Of a stretch of DNA of 64,000 nucleotides, positions 46,803-57,002 are shown piece after piece. Within the stretch, counting starts at the first letter, position 1. Each line of letters begins with the position of its first letter. Source of the DNA: an uncultured Gammaproteobacteria bacterium. Lineage in GTDB: Bacteria > Patescibacteriota > Microgenomatia > Levybacterales > UBA12049. Location of the stretch: contig CAYZZF010000001.1 of assembly GCA_964483115.1 (NCBI GenBank), forward strand, positions 19,907 to 83,906. The letters are read 5' to 3'. A program made the translations under genes and the position numbers. The notes under the pieces are model-generated. The model worked only from the letters and a program-made list of their open reading frames with translations, searched no databases and had not been told where the DNA came from.

Positions 46803-47659
46803 TGAAAATACTTTTAATTGGAAAGAATGGACAGTTGGGCAGCGAAATTGATAAGCAATCACATGAAAGAGCATATAAGACTTATGCATTTGGACATGAG
46901 GAGCTCGATATTACTGATTTTGAAAAAGTTAGATCTAAAATTGAATTATTAAAGCCGAATATAGTGATAAATGCCTCTGCTCTTAACAATGTTTCTTTAT
47001 GCGAAGAACAACTGGGAGACGCATTTCTAATAAATGCCAGTTCATTAAAGCCGATCGTACAATTCTGTTTTGAGAAGAATATAAAATTTGTGCACTATTC
47101 AACGGATTATGTTTTTGACGGACTTAAAGGTTCACCTTATAAAGAAGATGATAAGCCTAATCCTTTACAAATTTACGGTCTATCAAAACTTGTAGGAGAA
47201 TACGTTGTCTTAAATTACTCAAATACGGGAGTTATAATTAGAACTTGCGGAGTTTATGGAAAAAAAGAAGGAAGTATGTCTAAGAAAGGTAATTTTGCTT
47301 TAAAAATTTTAGAACAAGCAAAAGATAAAGATTCAATTGAAGTAGCTAGTGAGCAGATCGTTAATCCGACTTATGCAGTCGATTTGGCAAAAGCCACATT
47401 TGAGCTTTTAGTCCACAAAGATGTCAGTGGTATCTATCATTTAGCAAGTCAGGGATATTGTTCATGGGCACGGTTCGCAAGCGAAATTATAAAAATAAGA
47501 AAGCTTCGGACTAAAATAATTCCGGTTAACAGAAAAGGAATTTTAGGTTCATTAAGAAGACCATTTTTTTCCGCACTTGACAATACGAGAGCAGCAAGAT
47601 TTGGAATAAAACTTCCCCCATGGCAAGACGCAATAAAAAGATATATAGTCAGTCTTTGA
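46802..47659 (+). CDS. rmlD: dTDP-4-dehydrorhamnose reductase
   Basis: MKILLIGKNGQLG...HYSTDYVFDG.KGSPYKEDD.PNPLQIYGLSK is the RmlD substrate-binding signature. Confidence 0.8.
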   Translation: MKILLIGKNGQLGSEIDKQSHERAYKTYAFGHEELDITDFEKVRSKIELLKPNIVINASALNNVSLCEEQLGDAFLINASSLKPIVQFCFEKNIKFVHYSTDYVFDGLKGSPYKEDDKPNPLQIYGLSKLVGEYVVLNYSNTGVIIRTCGVYGKKEGSMSKKGNFALKILEQAKDKDSIEVASEQIVNPTYAVDLAKATFELLVHKDVSGIYHLASQGYCSWARFASEIIKIRKLRTKIIPVNRKGILGSLRRPFFSALDNTRAARFGIKLPPWQDAIKRYIVSL

Positions 47660-47670
47660 AAATAAAATAA

Positions 47671-48426
47671 ATGAGAAGAAAAAGACTTCTGTCTATTGTT
47701 ATCCCTGTCGGAAGACAAGAAAGAACTATTGTAAAAGACATTAAGAGTATAGATGAAACTCTTTCTCAACTTAACTGTCGCCATGAAATCATCGTAGTTG
47801 CGGATGGGTTTTTGGATAGGATATATGAGATTCTTAACAAACAGAAAAGAACAAACAAAAATCTTAAAGTACTAGGTTATGAAGAAAATCATGGTAAAGG
47901 ATATGCGGTTAAATATGGAATGCTTAAGGCAAAAGGAGATATCGTGGGTTTTATTGATGCAGGGATGGATATTGATCCTTCGGAAATATCCATCGCCTTG
48001 GATCTGATGGACTGGAATAATGCGGATATTGTCATCGGCAGCAAACTTCATCCTGAATCAAAAGTGAACTATCCATTAGTTAGGAAGGTTCTTTCCTGGG
48101 GTTACCGGACTCTAGCTCATACTTTGTTTGGATTTAAGGTTCGTGATACTCAGGTTGGGCTTAAGCTTTTTAAAAGACAAGTTGCTTACGATATTTTCTC
48201 CAGAATTCTGGTTAAGAGTTTTGCTTTTGATGTTGAAGTTTTGGCAGTTGCATATGCATTTGGATATCATAGAATTTACGAGTCGCCTATTAAATTAAAT
48301 TTTAAAAACGCCAGCACAATTACATCCTTAAATTTTTGGAGGATAATCTTTTGGATGCTTTGGGATACAGCCGCAGTTTTCTACAGATTAAAAATACTTC
48401 ATTATTATGATAGAATTGAAAAATAA
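47671..48426 (+). CDS. GT2 glycosyltransferase (DPM1-like)
   Basis: LSIVIPV, IIVVADG, a DAGMD DxD element and the NHGKGYA motif. Confidence 0.6.
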   Translation: MRRKRLLSIVIPVGRQERTIVKDIKSIDETLSQLNCRHEIIVVADGFLDRIYEILNKQKRTNKNLKVLGYEENHGKGYAVKYGMLKAKGDIVGFIDAGMDIDPSEISIALDLMDWNNADIVIGSKLHPESKVNYPLVRKVLSWGYRTLAHTLFGFKVRDTQVGLKLFKRQVAYDIFSRILVKSFAFDVEVLAVAYAFGYHRIYESPIKLNFKNASTITSLNFWRIIFWMLWDTAAVFYRLKILHYYDRIEK

Positions 48427-48429
48427 ATT

Positions 48430-49464
48430 ATGACTAAAAATGTTCTTATTATTGGAGGGGCAGGTTTTATCGGTATAAACTGCGCATCTTATTATTTATT
48501 AAAGGGTGACAAAGTTACAATTTTTGACAACTTTTCAAGAGAAGGAAGTAGGAAAAATATAGAATGGTTGAAAGGTGAATTTACAGATAAGAAAGTTAAT
48601 ATAATAATAGGAGATATAAGACATGATTTACATAAACTTGAAAAATTAATAAAATCTGCGGATTTGATTTTTCATTTGGCAGCGCAGGTTGCCGTAACCA
48701 GTTCAGTTGAAAATCCCCGGGAGGATTTTGAAATAAACGCCTTGGGTACTTTTAATGTGTTGGAAGCTGTAAGAAAATCTGCAAGCAAAGCCGTTTTAAT
48801 TTACAGTTCCACAAACAAGGTATATGGAGGATTAGAGGACCTAAAAATTGCAGAAGGGAAAACAAGGTATAAATTTAAAAATTTGCCAAATGGAGTTTCA
48901 GAGGAAAGGAGTTTGGATTTTCATTCGCCGTATGGTTGCAGCAAGGGTACGGCAGACCAGTATGTAAGAGATTACGCAAGGATTTACGGCCTTAATACAA
49001 TAGTTTTCAGACAGTCTTGCATTTACGGTCCGCATCAATTTGGCATAGAGGATCAGGGGTGGGTTGCCTGGTTTATTATTGCTCTAACATTAGGGAAAAA
49101 AATAACAATTTACGGAAACGGAAAACAAGTAAGGGATTTATTGTACGTTGATGATTTGATTAGTGCCTACGACATAGCTGCAAAAAATATTAAAAAAACA
49201 AAAGGACAGATTTATAACATAGGCGGAGGGATAAAAAACACTATTTCTATATGGTACGACTTTAAGCCTATTTTAGAGAAATTGTTTAACAGAAAGTTAT
49301 CTCCCAATTTTTCTAAGTGGAGGCCGGGCGACCAGCCGATTTATGTCTCAGATATCAGAAAAGCCAAGAAAGATTTCGGATGGGAGCCAAAAGTGGAAGT
49401 AAAGGAAGGAATAAAAAAACTCTATGATTGGGTTTTGTCAAACAGGAATTTGTTTAATGCTTAA
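48430..49464 (+). CDS. NDP-sugar epimerase of the CDP-paratose 2-epimerase (RfbE/Tyv) family
   Basis: VTIFDNFSREGSRKNIEWL, IYSSTNKVYGG and LDFHSPYGCSKGTADQYVRDYARIYGLNTIVFRQS...DQGWVAWF closely parallel Salmonella RfbE. Confidence 0.65.
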   Translation: MTKNVLIIGGAGFIGINCASYYLLKGDKVTIFDNFSREGSRKNIEWLKGEFTDKKVNIIIGDIRHDLHKLEKLIKSADLIFHLAAQVAVTSSVENPREDFEINALGTFNVLEAVRKSASKAVLIYSSTNKVYGGLEDLKIAEGKTRYKFKNLPNGVSEERSLDFHSPYGCSKGTADQYVRDYARIYGLNTIVFRQSCIYGPHQFGIEDQGWVAWFIIALTLGKKITIYGNGKQVRDLLYVDDLISAYDIAAKNIKKTKGQIYNIGGGIKNTISIWYDFKPILEKLFNRKLSPNFSKWRPGDQPIYVSDIRKAKKDFGWEPKVEVKEGIKKLYDWVLSNRNLFNA

Positions 49465-50570
49465 TGGAAATTCTTATCTTAAACTGGAAAGATGTTAAAA
49501 ATCCCCATGCCGGCGGAGCGGAAATAATTGCCTTTGAATTTGCCAAACGTTTGGTAGAAGACGGACATAAGGTGACATTTTTTTCAAGAGCTTTTCCTAA
49601 CTGTCTAAAAGAAGAAAGGTTGGATGGCGTAAAGATAATAAGAAAAGGTAACAGATTCAGCGTTTATTTTGAAGTTTTTCTATACTACAAAAATCTTAAA
49701 AATAAACCAGATAGGGTAATAGACATGATAAATACACTTTGCTGGCAAACCCCTCTGTATGTACCTAAAAAAAATCGGATAGCTTACGTAAATCAGTTGG
49801 CAAAGGAAGTTTTTTTCTTTGAATTGTCAAGGCCTTTATCATACATAGCATATTTTTTAGAGGAATTACAGTATTTAACCTACAGGAATACAAGGTTTTT
49901 ATGCTATTCGGAAAGCACAAAAAAAGATTTGCAGGAATTTGGGATTAAAGGAAAAAATATAAGCATATTTTCTATGGGTTTGGATCATCAAAGGTATAAA
50001 AAAAACGGCAAGAAAACAAAGTACCCATTATTTATATATGTGGGAAGATTAGTAAGAATGAAGCGGGTGGATTTTTGCATAAGGGCTTTTTACGATGTTA
50101 TTAAAAAACATAAAAACGCAAAACTGGTAATTGTGGGGAACGGGCCTGACGAGAATAGGCTTTTTGACTTGACTAAAAAACTCAAACTTTCGAAAAATAT
50201 AGTTTTTGTAAATAAAAATAATTTTTTTCTCAAAAAACATAAAAATGACGTAAAAGTAAAACTTATGCAAGAAGCCTGGTGTTTACTTCTCCCCTCCGTT
50301 AAAGAAGGGTGGGGAATGGTGGTAACCGAAGCAGCAGCCTGCGGAACGCCGTCAATAGTTACTAACGTAACAGGGCTTAGGGATTCGGTTATAAAAGATA
50401 AGACAGGCCTGGTTTTATCGGAAAAACCGCCAATAAAAGAATTTTCAGATGCAATAATCAGAGTCATTGAGGATAATGGCTTAAGAGAAAGATTATCAAA
50501 AGAAGCCGTTTTATGGGCCGAAAATTTTAACTGGGACAAAAGTTACAAAGAATTTAAAAAATTAATATGA
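49464..50570 (+). CDS. GT4 (GT-B fold) glycosyltransferase
   Basis: EGWGMVVTEAAACGTPSIVTNVTGLRD. Confidence 0.7.
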   Translation: MEILILNWKDVKNPHAGGAEIIAFEFAKRLVEDGHKVTFFSRAFPNCLKEERLDGVKIIRKGNRFSVYFEVFLYYKNLKNKPDRVIDMINTLCWQTPLYVPKKNRIAYVNQLAKEVFFFELSRPLSYIAYFLEELQYLTYRNTRFLCYSESTKKDLQEFGIKGKNISIFSMGLDHQRYKKNGKKTKYPLFIYVGRLVRMKRVDFCIRAFYDVIKKHKNAKLVIVGNGPDENRLFDLTKKLKLSKNIVFVNKNNFFLKKHKNDVKVKLMQEAWCLLLPSVKEGWGMVVTEAAACGTPSIVTNVTGLRDSVIKDKTGLVLSEKPPIKEFSDAIIRVIEDNGLRERLSKEAVLWAENFNWDKSYKEFKKLI

Positions 50571-51397
50571 AGACTAATCCTTTAATATCGGTTATTGTTA
50601 GTACAAAAAACGAAGAAAAAAATATAAATAGTTGTTTAAAAAGCATAAAAAACCAAACATATAAAAACTTAGAAATAATTGTTGTTGATAATAACTCGCA
50701 GGATAAAACAGTTAAAATTGCTAAAAAATACACAAAATTGGTTTTTAATAAAGGCCCGGAAAGAAGCGCGCAGAGAAACTTCGGGGTATTAAAAGCAAAA
50801 GGGAAATATTTCTTATTTATTGACAGCGATATGGAACTATCAAAAGAAGTTGTAGAGGACTGTATTCAACTAGTTGAAAATTATAAAACAGTAGGAGGAG
50901 TGATTATTCCGGAAGAGTCAGTCGGCGAAGGATTTTGGACAAAATGTAAAGCCTTAGAAAGGAGTTTTTATATTGGAATTGACTGGATAGAGGCTCCCAG
51001 ATTTTTTTCTAAAAAGATATTTAATGAATTTAAAGGATACGACGAAAAGCAGACCGGGACTGAAGATTATGACTTGCCGCAGAGGATAAAACAAAGAATG
51101 GGAGAGAAATCAATTTCAAGAGTAAATAGTTTTATATATCACCATGAAGGGAGATTAAAACTTTGGTATACGCTGAAAAAAAAATATTACTACGCAAAAA
51201 CCGCTAATGTATACGCAAAAAAGAAATCAAATAAGGCATATTTTAATAAACAGGCAAATATCTTAGAAAGATACAAATTATTTTTTTCAAGACCTAAAAA
51301 ATTATTTAAAAATCCATTAGTTGGATTGGGTATGCTTTTTATGAAAACCACAGAGTTTGCCGCGGGAGGGTTAGGTTATTTTCTTTCGACTTTTTAA
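50567..51397 (+). CDS. GT2 glycosyltransferase
   Basis: ISVIVSTKNEE...IIVVDNNSQDKT and a DSD element. Confidence 0.65.
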   Translation: MKTNPLISVIVSTKNEEKNINSCLKSIKNQTYKNLEIIVVDNNSQDKTVKIAKKYTKLVFNKGPERSAQRNFGVLKAKGKYFLFIDSDMELSKEVVEDCIQLVENYKTVGGVIIPEESVGEGFWTKCKALERSFYIGIDWIEAPRFFSKKIFNEFKGYDEKQTGTEDYDLPQRIKQRMGEKSISRVNSFIYHHEGRLKLWYTLKKKYYYAKTANVYAKKKSNKAYFNKQANILERYKLFFSRPKKLFKNPLVGLGMLFMKTTEFAAGGLGYFLSTF

Positions 51398-51436
51398 AAT
51401 ATTGTATTTTAAAATGGTTTATATATAATTGAGTTT

Positions 51437-52618
51437 ATGATTAAGCTTATCAAATCAACATTTTATAAAGAAAAAGAAACAAAGAAAAAGCTTGTTGAAT
51501 TTATAAACAGTGCCAGCCAGCTAAGTATTGGCAAGGAGTGCAAAAAATTTGAAGAAAATTTCGCCAAATGGCAGAAAAGAAAATATTGCGTTTTTGTAAA
51601 CAGCGGAAGTTCCGCAAATCTTGCTGTAGTTCAATCTCTTTTAAACCTTGGGAAAATTAAAAAGGGTGATTATGTAGGTTTTTCTGCGGTTACATGGTCA
51701 ACAAACGTTATGCCTCTTATTCAGCTTGGGCTCAATCCTGTCCCGATAGATGTAGAACTTGATACTCTAAACGTATCAAGCAAAAAGCTTCTTGAAACAC
51801 TTAAAAAATATCCGATAAAAATGCTGTTTCTCACAAATTTATTAGGGTTTTGCGATGACATCGATAAAATTGTTAAGGTTTGTAAAAAGAACAAAATTAT
51901 TTTAGTAGAAGACAATTGTGAAGCATTAGGAACAGTTTATAAAGGTAAAAAACTTGGAAATTTCGGACTGGCTTCCACTTTTTCGTTTTATGTCGGTCAC
52001 CATCTGTCAACTGTCGAAGGAGGGGCGGTATGTACGGACAGCTCCGAGTTTGAAACCATGCTTCAGATGGTAAGAGCTCATGGTTGGGATAGAAACCTAA
52101 CAAAGCAAAAACAACTTAAAATAAGAATAAAACATAATGTCAATTCAACTTTTTACTCAAGGTACACCTTTTACGATTTGGGTTACAACTTAAGGACAAC
52201 GGAGATAAACGGTTTTATTGGCAATATTCAGCTTAAATACACAGATGAAATTATTGAAAAAAGACGGGATAATTTTTTAAGATTAGCGTCCCCAATTTAT
52301 AAAATAAAAGATAAGTATTATCCTCTTAAATACGATCATATCGAGCTTCTTTCTAATTTTGCAGTGCCAGTTATCTGTAAGTCAAAAAAAATAAGGGATA
52401 AGTTGGTTGAGAAATGCAAAGACAAAGTAGAGATCAGGCCGATTGTCGGGGGAGATATGGTTGTCCAGCCGTTTTTTAAAAAATACATGCCCGATGTTGT
52501 AAAAAATTTCAACAATTCAAATGCCAGACTTGTTCACGAGCAGGGACTTTACTTTGGAAACAATCCAGAATTGACAAAAAAAGAAATTGACGAAATTGTA
52601 GAAATATTTACAAAGTAA
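51437..52618 (+). CDS. PLP-dependent NDP-4-keto-6-deoxyhexose 3-dehydratase of the DegT family (ColD/E1-like, His in place of the Schiff-base Lys)
   Basis: SGSSANL and LVEDNCEALGT are DegT-family elements. FSFYVGHHLSTVEGGAV has His where aminotransferases carry Lys, as in RfbH/ColD. The CxC...C Fe-S motif of E1 is absent, and 393 aa fits ColD. Confidence 0.55.
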   Translation: MIKLIKSTFYKEKETKKKLVEFINSASQLSIGKECKKFEENFAKWQKRKYCVFVNSGSSANLAVVQSLLNLGKIKKGDYVGFSAVTWSTNVMPLIQLGLNPVPIDVELDTLNVSSKKLLETLKKYPIKMLFLTNLLGFCDDIDKIVKVCKKNKIILVEDNCEALGTVYKGKKLGNFGLASTFSFYVGHHLSTVEGGAVCTDSSEFETMLQMVRAHGWDRNLTKQKQLKIRIKHNVNSTFYSRYTFYDLGYNLRTTEINGFIGNIQLKYTDEIIEKRRDNFLRLASPIYKIKDKYYPLKYDHIELLSNFAVPVICKSKKIRDKLVEKCKDKVEIRPIVGGDMVVQPFFKKYMPDVVKNFNNSNARLVHEQGLYFGNNPELTKKEIDEIVEIFTK

Positions 52619-52619
52619 T

Positions 52620-53597
52620 ATGAATAATTTTTGGAAAGATAAAAAAGTTTTGATAACAGGCGGAGCAGGTTTTATAGGAAGCCATTTAGTTGAAAAATTA
52701 GTTAAAAGAAAAGCCAAAGTTTCGGTTTTGGATAACCTTGTAAGTGGTTCATTGGATAATCTTAAAAGTGTTGAAAAACAGATTAAATTTATTAAGGGCG
52801 ACTGCGCAAATTTAGAAGTTGCGCAGAAAACCTGCAGAAGGCAGGATGTGGTAATGAATTTGGCTGCCAGAGTAGGAGGAATTGAGTATAACAGAACGCA
52901 TCATGCAACTATGTTTAAGGACAATCTTCCGATAGAAGCTACAATGATAGAAGCAGCAAGGCTTGAGAGGGTGGAGAGGTTTTTGGTGGTTTCTTCGGCG
53001 TGCGTTTATCCGCATGATTGCTCAATACCAACTCCTGAATCGGAAGGATTTTTAGACGAACCCGAGCCGACAAACGGAGGCTACGGCTGGGCAAAAAGAA
53101 TGGGAGAAAAATTAGGAGAATACTATGCGAAGGAGTTTGGAATGAAGGTTGGGATAGTCAGGCCTTATAATTGCTACGGGCCCCGAGATCATTTTGAACC
53201 TGATAAGTCGCACGTAATTCCTGCTCTTATCAAAAGAGTTTTTGACGGGGAAAATCCGGTTAAAGTTTGGGGAAGCGGTAGTCAGACAAGAGCCTTTTTA
53301 TATGTAGAAGATTTGGCAGAAGGTATGATACTGGCAATAGAAAAGTATACAAAACCAGACCCGATTAATTTAGGAACAGACGAGGAAATTTCCATAAAAG
53401 ATTTAATAAAAAAAATAATTGAAATAAGCAAGAAAAGTGTAAAGGTTGAGTTTGATACAACAAAACCGGACGGGAGCCCAAGGAGAAACAGTAACAATAA
53501 AAAGGCAGTGGAAAAAATCGGTTTTAAGCCGACCATAAAACTTAATGAAGGTCTTAGAAAAACAATAAATTGGTATAAAGAATACGCCAACTTATGA
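52620..53597 (+). CDS. GDP-4-keto-6-deoxyhexose 3,5-epimerase/4-reductase (GDP-L-fucose synthase Fcl / GDP-L-colitose synthase ColC-like)
   Basis: LAARVGGI, VSSACVYP, EPTNGGYGWAKRMGE (YxxxK), VRPYNCYGPRDHFEPDKSHVIPALI, VWGSGSQTRAFLYVEDLA and TKPDGSPRR all parallel E. coli Fcl. Confidence 0.65.
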   Translation: MNNFWKDKKVLITGGAGFIGSHLVEKLVKRKAKVSVLDNLVSGSLDNLKSVEKQIKFIKGDCANLEVAQKTCRRQDVVMNLAARVGGIEYNRTHHATMFKDNLPIEATMIEAARLERVERFLVVSSACVYPHDCSIPTPESEGFLDEPEPTNGGYGWAKRMGEKLGEYYAKEFGMKVGIVRPYNCYGPRDHFEPDKSHVIPALIKRVFDGENPVKVWGSGSQTRAFLYVEDLAEGMILAIEKYTKPDPINLGTDEEISIKDLIKKIIEISKKSVKVEFDTTKPDGSPRRNSNNKKAVEKIGFKPTIKLNEGLRKTINWYKEYANL

Positions 53598-54739
53598 GCC
53601 TCAAAAATTCCACCTTTGTTATTGTAACGCACGTTTACGCAACTGGACCGGCCTTCCGGCTTGAGGAATATCTTCAAAAAAAAATAAAAAATCTGATATT
53701 CATCGGACATGCTTTTTCTTACACAAAAGACACGCGTTCTTTTTTAAAAATTTATAAAAACGGAAAACTTATCAAGGAAACTAAATTTAGAAAGTGGAAA
53801 GGTCCGGAATTATCTTTTTATTTTAAAGATATTTTTTTGACAATTTGGTGGGTATTAAAATTTGCTCCAAAAGTCGATTACTTTGTAGGGGTGGACAACC
53901 TGAATGCTTTTAGCGGACATACTTTAAAATTGATAGGTAAAGTAAGGCACATAATTTTTTATACTATAGATTATATACCCAACCGTTTTGAAAATAAAAC
54001 GTTAAACTATATTTATCATTTTCTTGACAGACTAGCGGTAAGAAAAAGCGATAAAGTCTGGAACCTTTCTGCGATAATGGTAAAAGAAAGGGAAAAAAGA
54101 GGCGTTGAAGTTAATTGTCGGGATAAACAAATAGTTGTCCCCATTGGTACGGATATTCCAAGCAAAATATTAAATTTCAAGAATATAGACAGATACAAAA
54201 TAGTTTTTATGGGACATCTTAGAGAGGGACAGGGAGTTGAGCTTTTGCTGGAGGCGATGCCTGATGTTATAAAAAAAATTCCAAAGGCTCATTTTTTTAT
54301 CATTGGCGGTGGACCATTAGGGGATAAGTACAAAAAAATTGCGGATAGGAAAAGACTTACAAGGCATGTCAAGTTTTCAGGTTTTGTTAAGGAGTATTCA
54401 GACGTAGAGAAACTTTTAAAAGATTCTGCAGTTGCTGTTGCACCGTATGTTGACGATGATAGAACTTATACTAGATACACAGACCCTGGAAAGCCTAAAG
54501 ATTATTTGGCAAGTGGTTTACCCGTTGTTATAACAAAAGTTCCCCAGGTTGCATACGAGATAGAAAAAAATAAATGCGGAATTGCAATAAGCGATAATAA
54601 AAAAGAGCTAACGGAAGCGCTTGTAAAACTATTAACGGATGATAAAATGCTTTCCGAGTTTAGAAAGAACGCCTTAAAAATGGCCAAAAAATATACTTGG
54701 GACAAAATTTTTGCTAAAGCATTAAAAGAAACACTGTGA
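53594..54739 (+). CDS. GT4 (GT-B fold) glycosyltransferase
   Basis: GHLREGQGVELLLEAM...DYLASGLPVVIT. Confidence 0.6.
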   Translation: MSLKNSTFVIVTHVYATGPAFRLEEYLQKKIKNLIFIGHAFSYTKDTRSFLKIYKNGKLIKETKFRKWKGPELSFYFKDIFLTIWWVLKFAPKVDYFVGVDNLNAFSGHTLKLIGKVRHIIFYTIDYIPNRFENKTLNYIYHFLDRLAVRKSDKVWNLSAIMVKEREKRGVEVNCRDKQIVVPIGTDIPSKILNFKNIDRYKIVFMGHLREGQGVELLLEAMPDVIKKIPKAHFFIIGGGPLGDKYKKIADRKRLTRHVKFSGFVKEYSDVEKLLKDSAVAVAPYVDDDRTYTRYTDPGKPKDYLASGLPVVITKVPQVAYEIEKNKCGIAISDNKKELTEALVKLLTDDKMLSEFRKNALKMAKKYTWDKIFAKALKETL

Positions 54740-55761
54740 AAAAATTAGTTTCCGTAATTATTGTTAATTGGAATGGGAAGAGGTTCTTAAAGGAATGTTT
54801 ATCATCCTTATTTGCACAAGACTACAAAAATATTGAAGTTATTTTTGTAGATAATGCGTCTACGGATGATTCTGTTGACTATGTTAAGAAAAATTTTCCA
54901 AAAACAAAGATAGTTTCAAACAAGAAAAATCTAGGTTTTGCAGAAGGTAATAATATCGGGTATAAAAATGCAACAGGCGATTATATTTTATTTTTAAATA
55001 ACGATACCAAGGTTACAAAAAGTTTTTTAACGGAATTGGTAAAAGTTTTGGAAAGTGATAAAAAAATAGGAGGAGTGCAAAGTAAAATTTTGTTAATGGA
55101 CGACCCGACCCGGCTTGATTCAGTAGGTGCATTTTTAACAAACACCGGCTTTTTGTACCACTACGGTATAGCAAAAAAAGATTCTCCGAAATACAATAAA
55201 CAGATTGACATATATTCCGCAAAAGGGGCTTGCATGATTTTTAAAAGAGAAGTGTTGGAAAAAATAAAAGTAGACGGGGAAATTTTTGACAGCCGATATT
55301 TTGTATATTTTGAAGAAACAGATATGTGTCACCGAATTTGGCTAGCGGGATACAAAATTGTTTTTGTCCCTAAATCAGTTGTTTATCATAAAATGGGCGG
55401 CACAAGCGCAAAACTTGATAATGCGTTTGTTCAATATCACTCATTTAAAAACAGAATAAATTCTTATATCAAGAATTTAGGAACATTGGAACTATTAAAA
55501 ATTCTACCGCTTCATATTTTAATGTGCGAAGCGTTTGCGCTAATACTTCTTATAAAATTAAAATTTTCTTTATTTCTCTCAATCCAGAAAGCAATAGTCT
55601 GGAATCTAGCAGTTCTAAATGCAACCTTAATTAAAAGAAAGCAAATACAAAAATATATAAGAGAGGTAAACGACATGCGTTTGCTACATAAAGTTTTAAG
55701 AAACGTTAGGTTTACTTATTACTACCATTTATTCGGCGGGCTTAAGAATTACAATGAATAG
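54736..55761 (+). CDS. GT2 glycosyltransferase
   Basis: VSVIIVNWNGKRFLKECLSSL...FVDNASTDDS...LNNDT. Confidence 0.7.
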   Translation: MKKLVSVIIVNWNGKRFLKECLSSLFAQDYKNIEVIFVDNASTDDSVDYVKKNFPKTKIVSNKKNLGFAEGNNIGYKNATGDYILFLNNDTKVTKSFLTELVKVLESDKKIGGVQSKILLMDDPTRLDSVGAFLTNTGFLYHYGIAKKDSPKYNKQIDIYSAKGACMIFKREVLEKIKVDGEIFDSRYFVYFEETDMCHRIWLAGYKIVFVPKSVVYHKMGGTSAKLDNAFVQYHSFKNRINSYIKNLGTLELLKILPLHILMCEAFALILLIKLKFSLFLSIQKAIVWNLAVLNATLIKRKQIQKYIREVNDMRLLHKVLRNVRFTYYYHLFGGLKNYNE

Positions 55762-56998
55762 AAAAAATAAAATTGCCTTTATTACACCAATTTATCTGCC
55801 TGCAAATTTAACGGGCTCTTCAGGAATAATTAGGGAAATTTCGGAATATCTAGCAAAAATAGGTTTTGATGTTTCTATTATTACCTCTAATGCTTTAACT
55901 GGTAGATATTGGTATGATCCAATCTTTGGTAAAAAAATTGATAAAAAATTTGAGAAGATCAATGGTGTAAAAGTGTTTCGACTTTCCTGCAATCAATTTA
56001 TTTCCAGTTCTTGTTTTATTCTGGTTAGGTATCTGAATTTTTTATTGTCTCAAAAGCTTTTAGATAAACTAGAAATTATATCAAATGGCCCATTTCTAAA
56101 TGGGTTAGGAAGCATCTTAGCAAAAGAGAAATTTGATATTATCCACTCTTCACCATTTCCTTTGAATATTAACAGGCAAGTAGTTAGCGAAATAAAAAAA
56201 CTTGATAATAAACCAAAACTAATTTTTACCCCCTTTTTGCATACGGAATTGAAAGAATTTAAAAATCCAGAACTTGCTAAGATTATTTCTAATGCGGATA
56301 TAGTACATGTAGTTACTAATGCAGAAAAGTTGTATGTAGAAAAAAAATTAAATCTGAAAAATAAAAAAATTGTGGTAATAGCATTATTTATTAATTTCAA
56401 AAAGCTTAGTCCTATTGAAAAATTGAACGAAGATATTAAAAGATTCAAAGATAAATATAAACTCAACGGTAAGAAAATAGTTCTATTTGCAGGCATTAAG
56501 GGATACATGAAGGGCGCAATTACTCTTCTTAATGTAATAAATGAGATATATAGAAAAAATTCCTCTTACGTCTTAATAACTATTGGTAATGATACTCCTG
56601 AGTGGGTGAAAGAAAAAAAGAAGATTAATCCTAAATTTCTTTTGGACTTTGGATATGTTGATGATAAAACTAAAGAAATCATTTTTTCAGCCTGCGATGT
56701 ATTTTGTATGCCCTCGATTAGTGAATCCTTTGGGTTAACCTATCTTGAAGCGTGGCATAAGAAAAAAATGGTTATTGGAGCTTATGTGCCTGCTGTTAGA
56801 GAAATTATAACCAAAGCAAAAGGTGGTTTGCTTGTAAAATTTAATGACTCTAAAGATCTCCAGCTAAAAATTTATGAATCCTTTAAGAAAAATAACAATT
56901 CTTCAAGAATGGGCATGAATGGCTATAAATATTTGCTTAAAAACTACGAAAACTTAAAAATCTTTGATAAATATAGTAAGTTATTTTCTATAAGCTAA
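55754..56998 (+). CDS. GT4 (GT-B fold) glycosyltransferase
   Basis: SESFGLTYLEAWHKKKMVIGAYVPAVREII. Confidence 0.6.
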   Translation: MNRKNKIAFITPIYLPANLTGSSGIIREISEYLAKIGFDVSIITSNALTGRYWYDPIFGKKIDKKFEKINGVKVFRLSCNQFISSSCFILVRYLNFLLSQKLLDKLEIISNGPFLNGLGSILAKEKFDIIHSSPFPLNINRQVVSEIKKLDNKPKLIFTPFLHTELKEFKNPELAKIISNADIVHVVTNAEKLYVEKKLNLKNKKIVVIALFINFKKLSPIEKLNEDIKRFKDKYKLNGKKIVLFAGIKGYMKGAITLLNVINEIYRKNSSYVLITIGNDTPEWVKEKKKINPKFLLDFGYVDDKTKEIIFSACDVFCMPSISESFGLTYLEAWHKKKMVIGAYVPAVREIITKAKGGLLVKFNDSKDLQLKIYESFKKNNNSSRMGMNGYKYLLKNYENLKIFDKYSKLFSIS

Positions 56999-57002
56999 TA
57001 TC

